DNA from: a virus
Taxonomy: Duplodnaviria > Caudoviricetes
Length of the DNA: 64,000 nt
IMG/VR virus record: IMGVR_UViG_2524614847_000002
Location: 4,318 to 68,317 of that record
Strand: one strand, 5' to 3'
The notes beneath the pieces were generated by a model. The model did not search any database. It saw only the letters and a program-made list of their open reading frames with translations, and was not told where the DNA came from. The translations under genes and the position numbers were made by a program. Positions 17,154 to 27,927 of this stretch are shown here, piece by piece. Positions within the stretch are counted from its first letter, which is position 1; every line of letters begins with the position of its first letter.

Positions 17154-17753
17154 ATGAATGTTGAAATTAGAGCCGATGGAATCCATTTTGATGGATATGT
17201 AAATGTAACAGGGAAAATGAGTAAGCCTGTAATCACTCCAAACAGGCAGCGAGTAATCGAAACCATCGAAGAAAGGGCGTTTCAAACGGCTTTGAGCAGG
17301 ACTTCAAACGTTGAAGTATGGCTCGACCATAATCCTGACCGTGTTGTGGCTCAAACAAAAGATGGCTCGCTTGAATTGAGAGAAGACACAATAGGGCTAA
17401 AAGCTAGCGGAGTTATCACAGACCCGGAAGTCGTGCAGAATGCAAAGAGGTTAAAAGGTTGGTCTTTTGGGATGAAGAAAGTCAAGGACCAGATCGAGGA
17501 AAGGGCGAACCAACTACCAATAAGACATGTGAAAAGTTTTGAGCTAGAACACATCGGATTATTGATGAATAAAAACCCGGCATATTCAGCCACGACAATA
17601 GAACTTAGAGCAGACGAAGAAAACGAAAGCGAAATAGAATTAAGAGAATCCGGGGAAATGGAAGTTAAAGAAATGGTTGAAACACCGAAAGAAACCAAAG
17701 GTGATTTGTCACAGTACAAAAACAGAATAAACAAGTTAAAAGTCGGCAGATAG
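17154..17753 (+). CDS. HK97-family prohead protease
   Basis: LDHN, GWSFGM, PAYSAT. Confidence 0.88.
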   Translation: MNVEIRADGIHFDGYVNVTGKMSKPVITPNRQRVIETIEERAFQTALSRTSNVEVWLDHNPDRVVAQTKDGSLELREDTIGLKASGVITDPEVVQNAKRLKGWSFGMKKVKDQIEERANQLPIRHVKSFELEHIGLLMNKNPAYSATTIELRADEENESEIELRESGEMEVKEMVETPKETKGDLSQYKNRINKLKVGR

Positions 17754-17789
17754 TCGGCTTATTTTTATGAATGAAAGCGAGGAAAAACC

Positions 17790-18938
17790 ATGAAATTAAA
17801 GGAATTAATTGAGAAAAAGAACGCTAAAATCGAGGAAATGAACGGCATTCTTTCCAAAATGGACACGGAGAACCGTTCAGAAATGGCAGAAGATGAAAAG
17901 ACGGCCTTTGATAAACTGGAAACAGAAGTCAGAAGCCTGGAAGATACCATTAAAAGGGTGGAAACGGCAAGTGGCCTTGAAAAGAAAACGCCAGTTGGCG
18001 GAAAGAAAGACGATACAGAGGAAAGAGCAGCGCAGGAAGAAGCTGTATTTGCTGATTATATCCGTGGCGTGATTTCTGAAAACAGAGCTGATGTTAATAT
18101 GACAGTAGCCGATGGTACTGCAACCATTCCCGCTACAATTGCAAATAAAATCATCAAGAAAGTGTATGATATCTGTCCTATTTACCAGATGGCTACACGG
18201 TACAATATCAAAGGCACTCTTTCTATTCCGTACTATGATGAAGATACACAGAAAATTACAATGGCTTATGCTTCTGAGTTTACCGAGCTGGAATCTACTT
18301 CTGGAAAATTCACAAGCATGGAACTAACCGGATTTTTGGCTGGAGTATTATCGAAAATTTCTGTATCTCTGGTAAACAATTCACAGTTTGACATTACTTC
18401 CTTTGTGGTTTCTCAGATGGCAGAGGACATTTCCAAGTGGATTGAAAAGGAGTTAATTAACGGAACAGATAACAAAATTGAGGGTTTAAGGGGAGTAACT
18501 CAGAAAGTAACCGCAGCAGCAGCAACAGCAATTACCCTTGATGAATTGATTGACACACAGGAAACAGTACTGGATCAGTATCAGGCCGGGGCAGTTTGGA
18601 TTATGAACAAAAAAACCCGTACTGCTATCAGAAAGTTTAAAAACAGCCAGGGTGATTACATACTGAATCAGGATGCCACAGCCAGATGGGGCTATACCTT
18701 ATTTGGAAAAGATGTTTATACCACTGACAGCATTTCAGAAATGGCAGCAGGAAAAACCGCCGTATTTTATGGGGATATGACCGGGCTGGCCGTGAAACTG
18801 TCAGAGGAAGTGAATATCCAGGTGCTGCGCGAGAAATTCGCAACTCAGCACGCCATTGGAGTTGTCGGCTGGATCGAAATTGATTCAAAGGTTGAGAATG
18901 CGCAGAAGATCGCAAAGCTTGAAATGGCGAAATCATAA
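17790..18938 (+). CDS. HK97-fold major capsid protein
   Basis: N-terminal coiled-coil delta domain; IPATIANKII; FYGDM. Confidence 0.93.
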   Translation: MKLKELIEKKNAKIEEMNGILSKMDTENRSEMAEDEKTAFDKLETEVRSLEDTIKRVETASGLEKKTPVGGKKDDTEERAAQEEAVFADYIRGVISENRADVNMTVADGTATIPATIANKIIKKVYDICPIYQMATRYNIKGTLSIPYYDEDTQKITMAYASEFTELESTSGKFTSMELTGFLAGVLSKISVSLVNNSQFDITSFVVSQMAEDISKWIEKELINGTDNKIEGLRGVTQKVTAAAATAITLDELIDTQETVLDQYQAGAVWIMNKKTRTAIRKFKNSQGDYILNQDATARWGYTLFGKDVYTTDSISEMAAGKTAVFYGDMTGLAVKLSEEVNIQVLREKFATQHAIGVVGWIEIDSKVENAQKIAKLEMAKS

Positions 18939-18949
18939 AGTGAGGTAAT

Positions 18950-19123
18950 ATGAAGGTAAAAGCACTGAAAACATTTTCCGGTGCTGTATCCATGTACGAA
19001 GGTGAGGTCAGGGAAATAAAAGATGATTATATTCTTAATGACCTCACCAGAGCAGGGTATATTGAACCGGACGCACCAAAAAGGAATGTGAAAAACAATG
19101 AAGGTAAGCGAAATAAAGATTGA
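18950..19123 (+). CDS. Small head-associated protein
   Basis: GAGG RBS; MKVKALKTFSG...DLTRAGYIE. Confidence 0.6.
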   Translation: MKVKALKTFSGAVSMYEGEVREIKDDYILNDLTRAGYIEPDAPKRNVKNNEGKRNKD

Positions 19124-19409
19124 TGATATCTGTCGTCAGATTCGGATAGATAAGTCGTATTTGACACCTGATGATAATGCGCTTATACCTATCCTGCAAA
19201 AATCTGCTATTGAGTATGTAAAGGCATATACAGGGCTTGATGATGATGAAATTGATTCACACGAAGATATCACTATAGCCGTTCTTGTGCTTATATCAGA
19301 TATGTATGATAACAGGCAGATGTATATTAATCAAGGAAGTAAAGGTTATATTAATTCAAACCGTGTAGTTGATACAATACTTGGTATGCATTGTATGAAT
19401 CTGTTATAA
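19098..19409 (+). CDS. Head-tail connector (gp6-like)
   Basis: AVLVLISDMYDNR. Confidence 0.85.
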   Translation: MKVSEIKIDDICRQIRIDKSYLTPDDNALIPILQKSAIEYVKAYTGLDDDEIDSHEDITIAVLVLISDMYDNRQMYINQGSKGYINSNRVVDTILGMHCMNLL

Positions 19410-19421
19410 GGCGGTGGTTGA

Positions 19422-19751
19422 ATGAATGCAGGAGCTTATAGGGAACCTATAACTATTGAAAAAAGCGGTTATACGGAAGACGAAATAGGAAATCAAATTC
19501 AAGGCTGGACTGAATATTATAAGGGATATGCCTACATGAATAATCTTTCTGGATCAGAATATTGGGAAGCGGCTCAAATGCAAGCTGAAAAAACCGTTAT
19601 GTTTATCCTGCGATATCACCCTTTACTTGGGGCCATGAACACTAAAATGTATCGCCTTATGCACCGCGGAAATGAGTTTAATATCGTTTCTATTGATAAT
19701 GTGCAGTATAAAAATGAAACGATAAAGATACGGGCAGAGTTAAAGGAGTGA
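19422..19751 (+). CDS. Head closure protein
   Basis: MNAGAYREPITI...DEIGNQ...SGSEYW. Confidence 0.85.
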   Translation: MNAGAYREPITIEKSGYTEDEIGNQIQGWTEYYKGYAYMNNLSGSEYWEAAQMQAEKTVMFILRYHPLLGAMNTKMYRLMHRGNEFNIVSIDNVQYKNETIKIRAELKE

Positions 19752-19755
19752 GGAA

Positions 19756-20145
19756 ATGGCAAGTATAAGCATTGATTCTTTGGCTGATGAAATATCATCA
19801 TTGATGGAAGAATACGCCGCCGATGTAAATTCCGATATGAAAGCAGAAGCAAAGGAGATCGCAAAAGAAGCTGTTAAGGAATTAAAACAAACTTCACCGG
19901 AGGGGAAAGGCAGCAAAAAAGGTCATTATAAAAATGGCTGGGCCTCTAAAGTCGTGGCAGAGAAAATAAATTCCCTTGATATTGTCATTTATAACAGGAA
20001 GAAGCCTGGACTTACCCACTTGCTTGAAAAAGGCCACGCAAAACGCGGAGGGGGAAGGGTGGAAGGTAAGCCGCATATCGGTCCTGCAGAACAAAAGGCA
20101 ATACGAGACTATGAAAAAGGCTTGAAAGCGAGGTTGTCACGATGA
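19756..20145 (+). CDS. HK97 gp10-like neck protein
   Basis: LTHLLEKGHAKRGGGRV. Confidence 0.85.
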   Translation: MASISIDSLADEISSLMEEYAADVNSDMKAEAKEIAKEAVKELKQTSPEGKGSKKGHYKNGWASKVVAEKINSLDIVIYNRKKPGLTHLLEKGHAKRGGGRVEGKPHIGPAEQKAIRDYEKGLKARLSR

Positions 20146-20471
20146 AAGAAGTAGAAGTTTCACAGATGATAAAAAGCATTGGGTTTCCGGTTGCTTATCA
20201 TCACTTTGCAGAAGGCCAGGAGCCTGGAAAACCATACATCGTATATCTGTATCCTGGCACTAATAACTTTTCAGCCGATGGAACCGTATACCAGGACGTA
20301 AACCAGCTCGATATTGAGTTGTACACAGAGAATAAGAATCTTGCAGCGGAAAAAGCTGTTGAAACTGTGCTGAAAAAGCATGGTTTTTTTTATGAGAAAA
20401 CGGAAATGTTCCTTGAATCAGAAAACATGTTTGAGGTTCTATACGAAATGGAGGTATTAATCAATGAATAA
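20142..20471 (+). CDS. Tail terminator-like protein
   Basis: AYHHFAEG...NFSADG; synteny. Confidence 0.75.
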   Translation: MKEVEVSQMIKSIGFPVAYHHFAEGQEPGKPYIVYLYPGTNNFSADGTVYQDVNQLDIELYTENKNLAAEKAVETVLKKHGFFYEKTEMFLESENMFEVLYEMEVLINE

Positions 20472-21039
20472 AGTTAAATACAATTTAAAAAATACACATT
20501 ATGCAAAAATGACAGTTGGAGAAGATGGCAAAGTTACGTTTGCCAAACCGGTGCCAATTCCGGGATCAGTGAGCATTTCACTTGATGCCCAGGGCGATAT
20601 TTCACCGTTTTATGCAGATGGTATTGTTTATTACAAATCAGCTGCAAATAATGGATACGAGGGAGATTTGGAGATTGCGCTCGTTCCTGAAAGCTTTCGC
20701 ACGGATATTTTAGGGGAAACCCTGGACGATAATAAGGTACTTGTGGAAAATTCGGAAGCACATGGAGAGGCTTTTGCTTTGCTATTTGAATTTTCTGGTG
20801 ACGAAAAGGCGATTCGCCATGTTCTCTATAATTGTGCAGCTACAAGACCTTCCCTTGAATCGCAGACAAAAGAAACCGCAATTGATCCGGTAACGGAAAC
20901 CCTTAAAGTTTCCGCCACGTCGTTATCTGACGGAAGAGTAAAAGCAAAAACCGGAAACGAAACGGTATCCGCAGTATATGACGGTTGGTATTCTAAAGTA
21001 TATGAAGCTGAGGCAAACGGTGGAACCACGGAGGGATAA
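20464..21039 (+). CDS. Major tail protein (phi13 family)
   Basis: NKVKYNLKNTHYA...FYADG...NNGYEGDLE. Confidence 0.9.
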   Translation: MNKVKYNLKNTHYAKMTVGEDGKVTFAKPVPIPGSVSISLDAQGDISPFYADGIVYYKSAANNGYEGDLEIALVPESFRTDILGETLDDNKVLVENSEAHGEAFALLFEFSGDEKAIRHVLYNCAATRPSLESQTKETAIDPVTETLKVSATSLSDGRVKAKTGNETVSAVYDGWYSKVYEAEANGGTTEG

Positions 21040-21042
21040 TTC

Positions 21043-21417
21043 ATGTTAAAAAAAGAGATTGAAATTGATGGGAAAATGGTACCGTTTCGAACATCTGCAA
21101 CCATTCCAAGGTTGTACCGGGCACAGTTTAGACGCGACATTTTCAAGGATCTTTTAAAACTGGAAAAGTCAATTGAGGAAAGTGATGAAGAATCAAGTGA
21201 AATTCCGATTGAAGATTTAGAAATGTTCGAAAACGTAGCATACATTATGGCAAAACATGCTGATCCAAAGCAGTCGGATACACCGGAGGAATGGCTGGAT
21301 CAGTTTAATACATTTTCTATTTATGAAGTACTTCCGCAGATTCTTGAATTATGGAATCTCAATGTACATACGGAATCAGAATCAAAAAAAAAGCTAGACC
21401 AAGTAGCCGGGAAATGA
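21043..21417 (+). CDS. Tail assembly chaperone (G)
   Basis: Lies between the tail tube and tape measure genes; slippery A AAA AAG at 21387-21393. Confidence 0.85.
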   Translation: MLKKEIEIDGKMVPFRTSATIPRLYRAQFRRDIFKDLLKLEKSIEESDEESSEIPIEDLEMFENVAYIMAKHADPKQSDTPEEWLDQFNTFSIYEVLPQILELWNLNVHTESESKKKLDQVAGK

Positions 21418-21578
21418 CAACCCAGCTTTTTTTATTGCGAGCGGTACAGTTAGGTGTATCTATCCAGGATATGGACCTTCTCACCATTGGCCTTATCATG
21501 GATATGTACACCGAGAGTATGAACGACAATGAAAATTACCCTGCTATGGCAATGCAAGAAGATTTTAATAAGTTTTAA
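21387..21578 (+). CDS. Tail chaperone GT extension via -1 frameshift
   Basis: The -1 frame is open from the A9 run to 21578 (REMTTQLFLLRAVQLG...). Confidence 0.75.
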   Translation, partial: KKARPSSREMTTQLFLLRAVQLGVSIQDMDLLTIGLIMDMYTESMNDNENYPAMAMQEDFNKF

Positions 21579-21590
21579 GGAGGTGGAAAT

Positions 21591-24500
21591 TTGGCTGACC
21601 GGATCAAAGGTATAACAATTGAGATTGGTGGTGATACCACTGGTTTAAGCAAAGCATTAAGCGGAGTAAACAAGGAGATTAGAAACACTCAGTCACAGCT
21701 TAAAGACGTGGAACGCCTCCTTAAACTTGATCCTTCAAATATAGAACTGTTAAGCCAAAAACAGAAATTATTATCACAGGCAGTAGGGGATACAAAGAAT
21801 AAAATTGATACACTTAAAAATTCCGAACAGCAAGCGCAACAGCAGTTTGCAGAAGGTAAGATAAGTGAGCAACAGTATGATGCTCTGAAACGAGAGATCA
21901 TAGAAACTTCCGAGCAGCTTAAGTCGTTAGAAAAGCAGGCAGCAAATGCAAATGTAACCTTGCAACAGATTGGAATCGCAGGAGACAAATTCAAGGAAGT
22001 GGGCGATAAGATATCTGGTGCAGGCGAAAAGATGCTTCCGGCAACCGCTGCGGTAGCTGGAATTGGGGTTGCGGCAATTAAAGTGACAGCGGATTTTGAC
22101 GAAGCCATGTCTAAGGTAGCTGCAATCAGCGGGGCTACTGGTGATGAGTTTGATAAACTCAGAGATAAAGCCCGTGAAATGGGAGAGAAAACAAAATTCA
22201 GCGCATCGGAAGCGGCCGATGCTTTCCAGTACATGGCAATGGCAGGCTGGAAAACGGAAGATATGCTCGATGGTATCGAAGGTATCATGAACCTTGCTGC
22301 AGCCAGCGGTGAGGAACTGGCACTTACAAGTGATATCGTCACTGATGCATTAACAGCATTTGGACTAACTGCAAAAGATTCTGCCCATTTTGCTGACATA
22401 TTGGCAGCGGCATCGTCAAACTCTAATACGAACGTTTCCATGATGGGTGAAACATTTAAGTATGTTGCTCCACTAGCTGGATCACTTAAATATTCCGCAG
22501 AAGATACAGCCGTAGCAATTGGTTTAATGGCTAACAGTGGTATTAAGGCATCACAAGCCGGAACTCAGTTAAGAGCAGCCATTACAAACATGGTAAAGCC
22601 AACTGATAGCATGATTGGTGTTATGGACGAACTTGGTATAGAAATAACCAATGATGATGGAAGCATGAAGTCATTGAAAGAGACAACGGAAATGCTTCGT
22701 TCCGCATTTGCAGTCTCTACGCCTGAAATTAGAGATCAAAGATTAGCTTTATACGAGCAGCAAATGGAAGCTGATGGCCTTGGAAGCACATTAAAAGGGC
22801 TTACAGAAGAGCAAAAGTATTTTACAACGGCTATGTATGCAGGAACAGAAAAGATAAAAGATATGTCTGAGGCCGAGTATAAAAAGTTGGTTCAGGATAA
22901 TCTCGGAATAAATATAAAGAAGCAAAAGCTTACAGAACAGCAAAAACAAAACATAGCCTTAATGGTTGGCACGAAAGCCATTGATGGTTTAACAGAAGCA
23001 GAACAGGCAGAGGCGGCGGCTACACTGTTCGGAAAAGAAGCCATGTCCGGTATGCTTGCAATCATAAATGCCTCTGAATCAGATTATAAGAAGCTGACAA
23101 AGGCCGTTGATGAGTGTGACGGAAGCACTCAAAAGATGGCGGATACTATGCAGGACAATTTGAAAGGTCAATTGACTATTTTGAAAAGTCAGCTAGAAGA
23201 ACTTGCAATAAGTATTGGTGATACATTAATGCCTAAGATTCGAGAACTTGTAAAACGAGTTCAAGGGCTTGTTGATTGGTTCAACAATTTAAGTACATCC
23301 CAGAAAGAGACTGTTGTAAAAGTCGGGCTTGTAGTTGCTGCAATTGGTCCATTGCTTATCATTATCGGGAAGGTTTCAACTGGTATAGGCGCCTTGATGA
23401 AGGTTATATCCACTCTAGGAACTATGCTATCTCTACTTTCAGCAGCAGGAGGGCCGATTCTTTTAACAGTTGCAGCGGTCGCGGCATTATCTTTGATTTT
23501 GATTAAAGTAAAAGGAAGCACAAAAAACTACCGGGCAGAAGCAGAGGCGTTAAACGAACAGGAGATAAAAAATAAAGAAACGGTTGACGATCTGTATTCC
23601 TCTTACCAGCAGATGGATGAACAGAGAAGGAATGCGACTGAATCAGCGCAAGCGGAAGCACAGCACGAAAGTGACTTATTTAAGGAACTTCAAAGCATAA
23701 CGGATGAAAACGGGAATGTCATTGCAGGGTATGAAAGCAGGGCGGAATTCATAACCGGGGAATTGTCAAAGGCACTTGGTATTGAGATTGGAATGACTGA
23801 TAACCAGATCCAAAATTATAAGGATATGGCAGGAGAGATTGACAACCTGATACGAAAAAAACAGGCCAATGCATTACTTGATGCAAGTCAGCAAGGATAC
23901 GCGGAAGCTATCAAAAATCAAACAGATGCTTTTATGGCGTACAAACAAGCACAGGCAGATGTAGAAGATACCACAAAGAAGCTTACAGAAGCACAAAAAG
24001 AACTGCGCAAAGAAGCGGAAGCCATAAACGACAATCCATTTTATGACATGAGAAAATTTGAAGCGGCGAAGGAAACAGTAAATGGATATTCCACAAAATT
24101 AGGAGAACTGAAACAAACACTTTCAGACGCAGAAAATGCTTATATCGGATACAATACAACCATATCAAATTATGAGGGGCTAAGTTCCGCGATTATCTCA
24201 GGCGATCAACAAGCCATAGAAGACGCTATAACACGGACTGCAAACCAATTCCAAACTGCTGAAACAGCAACGAAAGAATCGCTTGAACGTCAAGTTCAGA
24301 CATATACCGAAAAATATGCTGAAATGAAAAAGGCTGTAGATGAAGGGGCACCCGGAATCACACAAGCACAGGTAGACCAGATGAAACAGCTGGTAGAAAA
24401 AAGCGAATTAGAACTTAATAGGCTTCCGGGTATTGTAAGCGAAGCGGTTTCGAAATCTGCTGAATCTGCAAAGGAAGCAACAAAGGTTGGAAATGATTTT

Positions 24501-25211
24501 GCGGCAGGAGTTGCGCAGGGAATATTAGCCGGGAAGGGAAATGTCATTTCCATGGCAGCAGGAATTGCAGCGGCAAGCGTGGAAGCAACTAGGACGGAAT
24601 TGGATAGCCATTCTCCTTCACGTGTTATGGACAGCATAGGGCAAGATTTTGATTCTGGTTTTGCAAATGGAATAAGTGCAGGAAAGGGCGGTGTCATATC
24701 CAATGTAATTAGTATAATTGATGCTATCAAAACCCAACTTACAAGCCTTCCGGGGCAGGCGGTGCAATGGGGCGCAGATATGATAGATGGCCTTGTAGAT
24801 GGTATAAAATCAAAAGTTGGAGCCGTAACCAAAGCGATAAAGGGTGTTGCGGAAAACATTACTTCTTACATTCACTTCTCGCGCCCAGACGTTGGACCGC
24901 TTAGAGAATATGAAAAGTGGATGCCGGATATGGTTTCGGGATTAGCAAAAGGAATTAAAGACAACGCTTGGAAAATAACGGATCAGCTAAAAGGGCTTAC
25001 AGGAAATATGTCTTACATGCTTAACGGTGATGCTTCTGGTGCAGGCAGTACCGATTTGACGAAGATAGAGGGATTGCTTGGCTATTATCTTCCTGGCATG
25101 AGTGGAGGCACGAACATTGTCCTTGATGATGGTGCACTTGTTGGGAAAATGCTTCCTAACATTAATTCAGGTCTTACGAATTTTAAGGACACCAACGGGA
25201 GGAATGGGTAA
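21591..25211 (+). CDS. Tape measure protein (TP901 family)
   Basis: RIKGITIEIGGDT; TKFSASEAADAFQYMAMAGW; SHSPSRVM. Confidence 0.95.
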   Translation: MADRIKGITIEIGGDTTGLSKALSGVNKEIRNTQSQLKDVERLLKLDPSNIELLSQKQKLLSQAVGDTKNKIDTLKNSEQQAQQQFAEGKISEQQYDALKREIIETSEQLKSLEKQAANANVTLQQIGIAGDKFKEVGDKISGAGEKMLPATAAVAGIGVAAIKVTADFDEAMSKVAAISGATGDEFDKLRDKAREMGEKTKFSASEAADAFQYMAMAGWKTEDMLDGIEGIMNLAAASGEELALTSDIVTDALTAFGLTAKDSAHFADILAAASSNSNTNVSMMGETFKYVAPLAGSLKYSAEDTAVAIGLMANSGIKASQAGTQLRAAITNMVKPTDSMIGVMDELGIEITNDDGSMKSLKETTEMLRSAFAVSTPEIRDQRLALYEQQMEADGLGSTLKGLTEEQKYFTTAMYAGTEKIKDMSEAEYKKLVQDNLGINIKKQKLTEQQKQNIALMVGTKAIDGLTEAEQAEAAATLFGKEAMSGMLAIINASESDYKKLTKAVDECDGSTQKMADTMQDNLKGQLTILKSQLEELAISIGDTLMPKIRELVKRVQGLVDWFNNLSTSQKETVVKVGLVVAAIGPLLIIIGKVSTGIGALMKVISTLGTMLSLLSAAGGPILLTVAAVAALSLILIKVKGSTKNYRAEAEALNEQEIKNKETVDDLYSSYQQMDEQRRNATESAQAEAQHESDLFKELQSITDENGNVIAGYESRAEFITGELSKALGIEIGMTDNQIQNYKDMAGEIDNLIRKKQANALLDASQQGYAEAIKNQTDAFMAYKQAQADVEDTTKKLTEAQKELRKEAEAINDNPFYDMRKFEAAKETVNGYSTKLGELKQTLSDAENAYIGYNTTISNYEGLSSAIISGDQQAIEDAITRTANQFQTAETATKESLERQVQTYTEKYAEMKKAVDEGAPGITQAQVDQMKQLVEKSELELNRLPGIVSEAVSKSAESAKEATKVGNDFAAGVAQGILAGKGNVISMAAGIAAASVEATRTELDSHSPSRVMDSIGQDFDSGFANGISAGKGGVISNVISIIDAIKTQLTSLPGQAVQWGADMIDGLVDGIKSKVGAVTKAIKGVAENITSYIHFSRPDVGPLREYEKWMPDMVSGLAKGIKDNAWKITDQLKGLTGNMSYMLNGDASGAGSTDLTKIEGLLGYYLPGMSGGTNIVLDDGALVGKMLPNINSGLTNFKDTNGRNG

Positions 25212-25922
25212 ATGAGTAGTATTTTTAAAAGTGTAAAAATAAATGATACCCACATGCTAAAAGATTTGGGGCTTGCGCTATCGCGTACCGACTGCGTACA
25301 GCCCCCCGAACCCAAAATAAACAACTTAGACATTCCTGGTGCTGATGGGATTATAGACCTTACGGAAAGCCTTGTGGGCCGTACACTGTACAACAATCGT
25401 ATCATCACAATGGAGTTTGGCAGAGGGTTAAGCAAGAATGCCTGGCCAACAATGTATAGCAGAGTGCAAAGCCTTTTCCATGGAAAACAGGTCAAGATTG
25501 TTTTTGACGATGACGGAGAGTACTACTACCAGGGAAGGGCTGCGGTATCTGATTATGCGCGGGCGCAAATGTTAGGGACGATGGTTATTACTGTTAGTGC
25601 TGACCCGTACAAGTATGAAATGTACGGGGGTCTTGATGATTGGTTATGGGACCCATTCAGTTTCCGCACCGGGATCATAAGAAACTATAAAAATCTTGAA
25701 GTGAAAGGAACGCGAACCGTTAGAATTACCGGAAGAGATAAGACAATCGTACCGCTTATCATTTCAAATGCGGCCATGACCGTGACATTCAATGGAAAAA
25801 CATATAATATTGTTGCTGGAAATAACAAAATCTATGACATTGAAATTTTAGATGGTGATAATACTCTTACCTTTACCGGAAACGGAATTATTTCTATTGA
25901 TTACAGGGGAGGGATTCTATAA
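25212..25922 (+). CDS. Distal tail protein
   Basis: DIPGADGIIDLTE; WLWDPFSF; position after the tape measure gene. Confidence 0.8.
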   Translation: MSSIFKSVKINDTHMLKDLGLALSRTDCVQPPEPKINNLDIPGADGIIDLTESLVGRTLYNNRIITMEFGRGLSKNAWPTMYSRVQSLFHGKQVKIVFDDDGEYYYQGRAAVSDYARAQMLGTMVITVSADPYKYEMYGGLDDWLWDPFSFRTGIIRNYKNLEVKGTRTVRITGRDKTIVPLIISNAAMTVTFNGKTYNIVAGNNKIYDIEILDGDNTLTFTGNGIISIDYRGGIL

Positions 25923-27853
25923 TGTATAAAGTGACAGTAAAAACAAATGGAACGGAATATCTACTTCATGAGCCACGGGATGATAGTGGAGAATTACAGC
26001 TTATTGATCCTACACTTTCGGAGCAAGTGGGAAAGAACGGGACATTCACATTTACAATATCACCACTTCACCCGAACAAAGATAAAATTATTCCAATGGC
26101 AAGCGAGATTTTCATATACAAGGACGGAGAAAAAATACTTTGCTGCCGTATGATAGATAGCGAAAGTGATTTCTATAATACAGGCCGGGCAACTTGTGAG
26201 GGGGAGCTTGCACTCCTGCTTGACAGCGTGCAGCGTCCATATGAGTATACTGGAAGCCTGTATAATTTCTTTGTACAGCTTCTTAATACTCACAACAGCG
26301 AGGTTGAGGAAAGAAAGCGGTTTGAAGTTGGAAATGTAACAATAGCCGGGACGGAGATAACAAGGTCAAATTCCGAGTACTCTACCACAATGGCGGAAAT
26401 GCTAAGTCAGCTTACCGATATAAATGGTGGGTATCTTAGAATACGGTATTCAAATGATAAAAAATATCTGGATTATGTAAGTGATTATGGCGGGGTAAAC
26501 AACCAGGTAATACGGTTCGGAGAAAACATTCTAGACTTAACAAAGCATGTGGAACCTACCGCCCTGATTACCGCATTGATCCCTACCGGGGCCACGATAA
26601 CAAGTGATGATTCTGGGATAGCAGATTCCGTTGTAAATATCACTTCCGTGAATGGTGGGAAGGATTACATATACGATGAAACAGCGGTTTCCGCCTATGG
26701 TTGGATATGGGGGACACAATCATTTGAAGATGTTACGGACCCTAAAGCCTTGCTTGCAAAGGCCAGAGCATACCTTGAAGAAGCAGTAACAATACCTGAG
26801 ACAATCGAACTAAACGCGGTTGATTTAAGCACAATAGGCGTTGAGGTTGAATCTCTAAAGTTGGGATACTGGACTAACATAATAAGTAAACCTCATGGAT
26901 TAAATAAGCGGTTTTTGCTGTCACAAAAGATCACAGGGCTTGCAAACCCGGCAAAAAATAAAATCGTGTTAGGTAGGGTACTGGATACATTTACAGGTCA
27001 GGCAGCAAAGGAAAAGGCGCAGATCACAGCAAGAATCAATGCAGTAGCGGCCAGTGCAAGTAATGAAATAAACAGGAAGGTTGAGAACGCTACACAACTC
27101 ATCACAGGCGGAAAAGGTGGATACGTAGTTCTTGATGTATACGATCCTGATTCCGGGGAAAAGATACATCCATGGAGAATTCTTATTATGGATACTCCAG
27201 ATAAGGAGACAGCCCGGAGTGTGATTCAGTTCAATAAAAATGGATTTGGATTTTCTACTACTGGAATCAATGGACCATACCGGAATGCCTGGACAATTGA
27301 TGGAAATCTTGTTGCAGACTTTATCACAACGGGGACCATGTTAGCAGATCGAATCAGAGGTGGAACATTAGAACTTGGCGGAACTGGACTTGGTAAAGAT
27401 GGTTCTATCATTGTAAAGAATGCATCAGGAGCAACCATAGGATATTGGGATAAGACCGGGCTTCATGTGCTAACGGGAACTATTTCAGGAACTCAAATAT
27501 CGGGTTCTATCTTTACTGGTGGAGCAATTTACGCGGGTGTTCTCAGGGCTGATGCTGGCGGAGCGCAGTTAGGTGATTATTATGTGAGTGCAGACGGAAG
27601 TAATTTGCTACGATCTACCGATGGTTCTGTGGCTATCCAAACATCACAGGGAGGTCCTTTCGGCAAATATGCGGCAATAAATTTGAGTTCTCAATCAGGA
27701 ACTACTATATTGTCTGACCATCATTTGGAAACACCATTTGTTGATGCAAGGCAGATCAATGGGGATTGTGAATTACGTGGAGGTAACTGGTGGCAAGGTT
27801 ATACATTGTTTAGTGCACTTGACTTTCTGTATAATAAAATAGAAAACCTATAA
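25922..27853 (+). CDS. Tail hub/spike (Tal-like) protein
   Basis: QVIRFGENILDL...ITALIPTG; AWTIDGNLVADFITTGTM. Confidence 0.85.
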   Translation: MYKVTVKTNGTEYLLHEPRDDSGELQLIDPTLSEQVGKNGTFTFTISPLHPNKDKIIPMASEIFIYKDGEKILCCRMIDSESDFYNTGRATCEGELALLLDSVQRPYEYTGSLYNFFVQLLNTHNSEVEERKRFEVGNVTIAGTEITRSNSEYSTTMAEMLSQLTDINGGYLRIRYSNDKKYLDYVSDYGGVNNQVIRFGENILDLTKHVEPTALITALIPTGATITSDDSGIADSVVNITSVNGGKDYIYDETAVSAYGWIWGTQSFEDVTDPKALLAKARAYLEEAVTIPETIELNAVDLSTIGVEVESLKLGYWTNIISKPHGLNKRFLLSQKITGLANPAKNKIVLGRVLDTFTGQAAKEKAQITARINAVAASASNEINRKVENATQLITGGKGGYVVLDVYDPDSGEKIHPWRILIMDTPDKETARSVIQFNKNGFGFSTTGINGPYRNAWTIDGNLVADFITTGTMLADRIRGGTLELGGTGLGKDGSIIVKNASGATIGYWDKTGLHVLTGTISGTQISGSIFTGGAIYAGVLRADAGGAQLGDYYVSADGSNLLRSTDGSVAIQTSQGGPFGKYAAINLSSQSGTTILSDHHLETPFVDARQINGDCELRGGNWWQGYTLFSALDFLYNKIENL

Positions 27854-27927
27854 AACTGATCTATCCGGGAGTTGCACAGTGTGAAATGTTGTGTTACCAT
27901 GTAAAAAAGAGAATCGGAGGTAAAACT

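Noticed and set aside
21689-24859. Long antisense ORFs in the tape measure gene (and similar shadow ORFs elsewhere)
   Set aside because: They mirror the codon bias of Ala/Glu-rich sense genes and have no RBS or motifs.
27847-27870. Another cassette site at the end of the tail spike gene (CC-TATA-AAAC-TGAT-CTAT-CCGG-GA)
   Set aside because: Two mismatches in the conserved RTTT half; could be chance.
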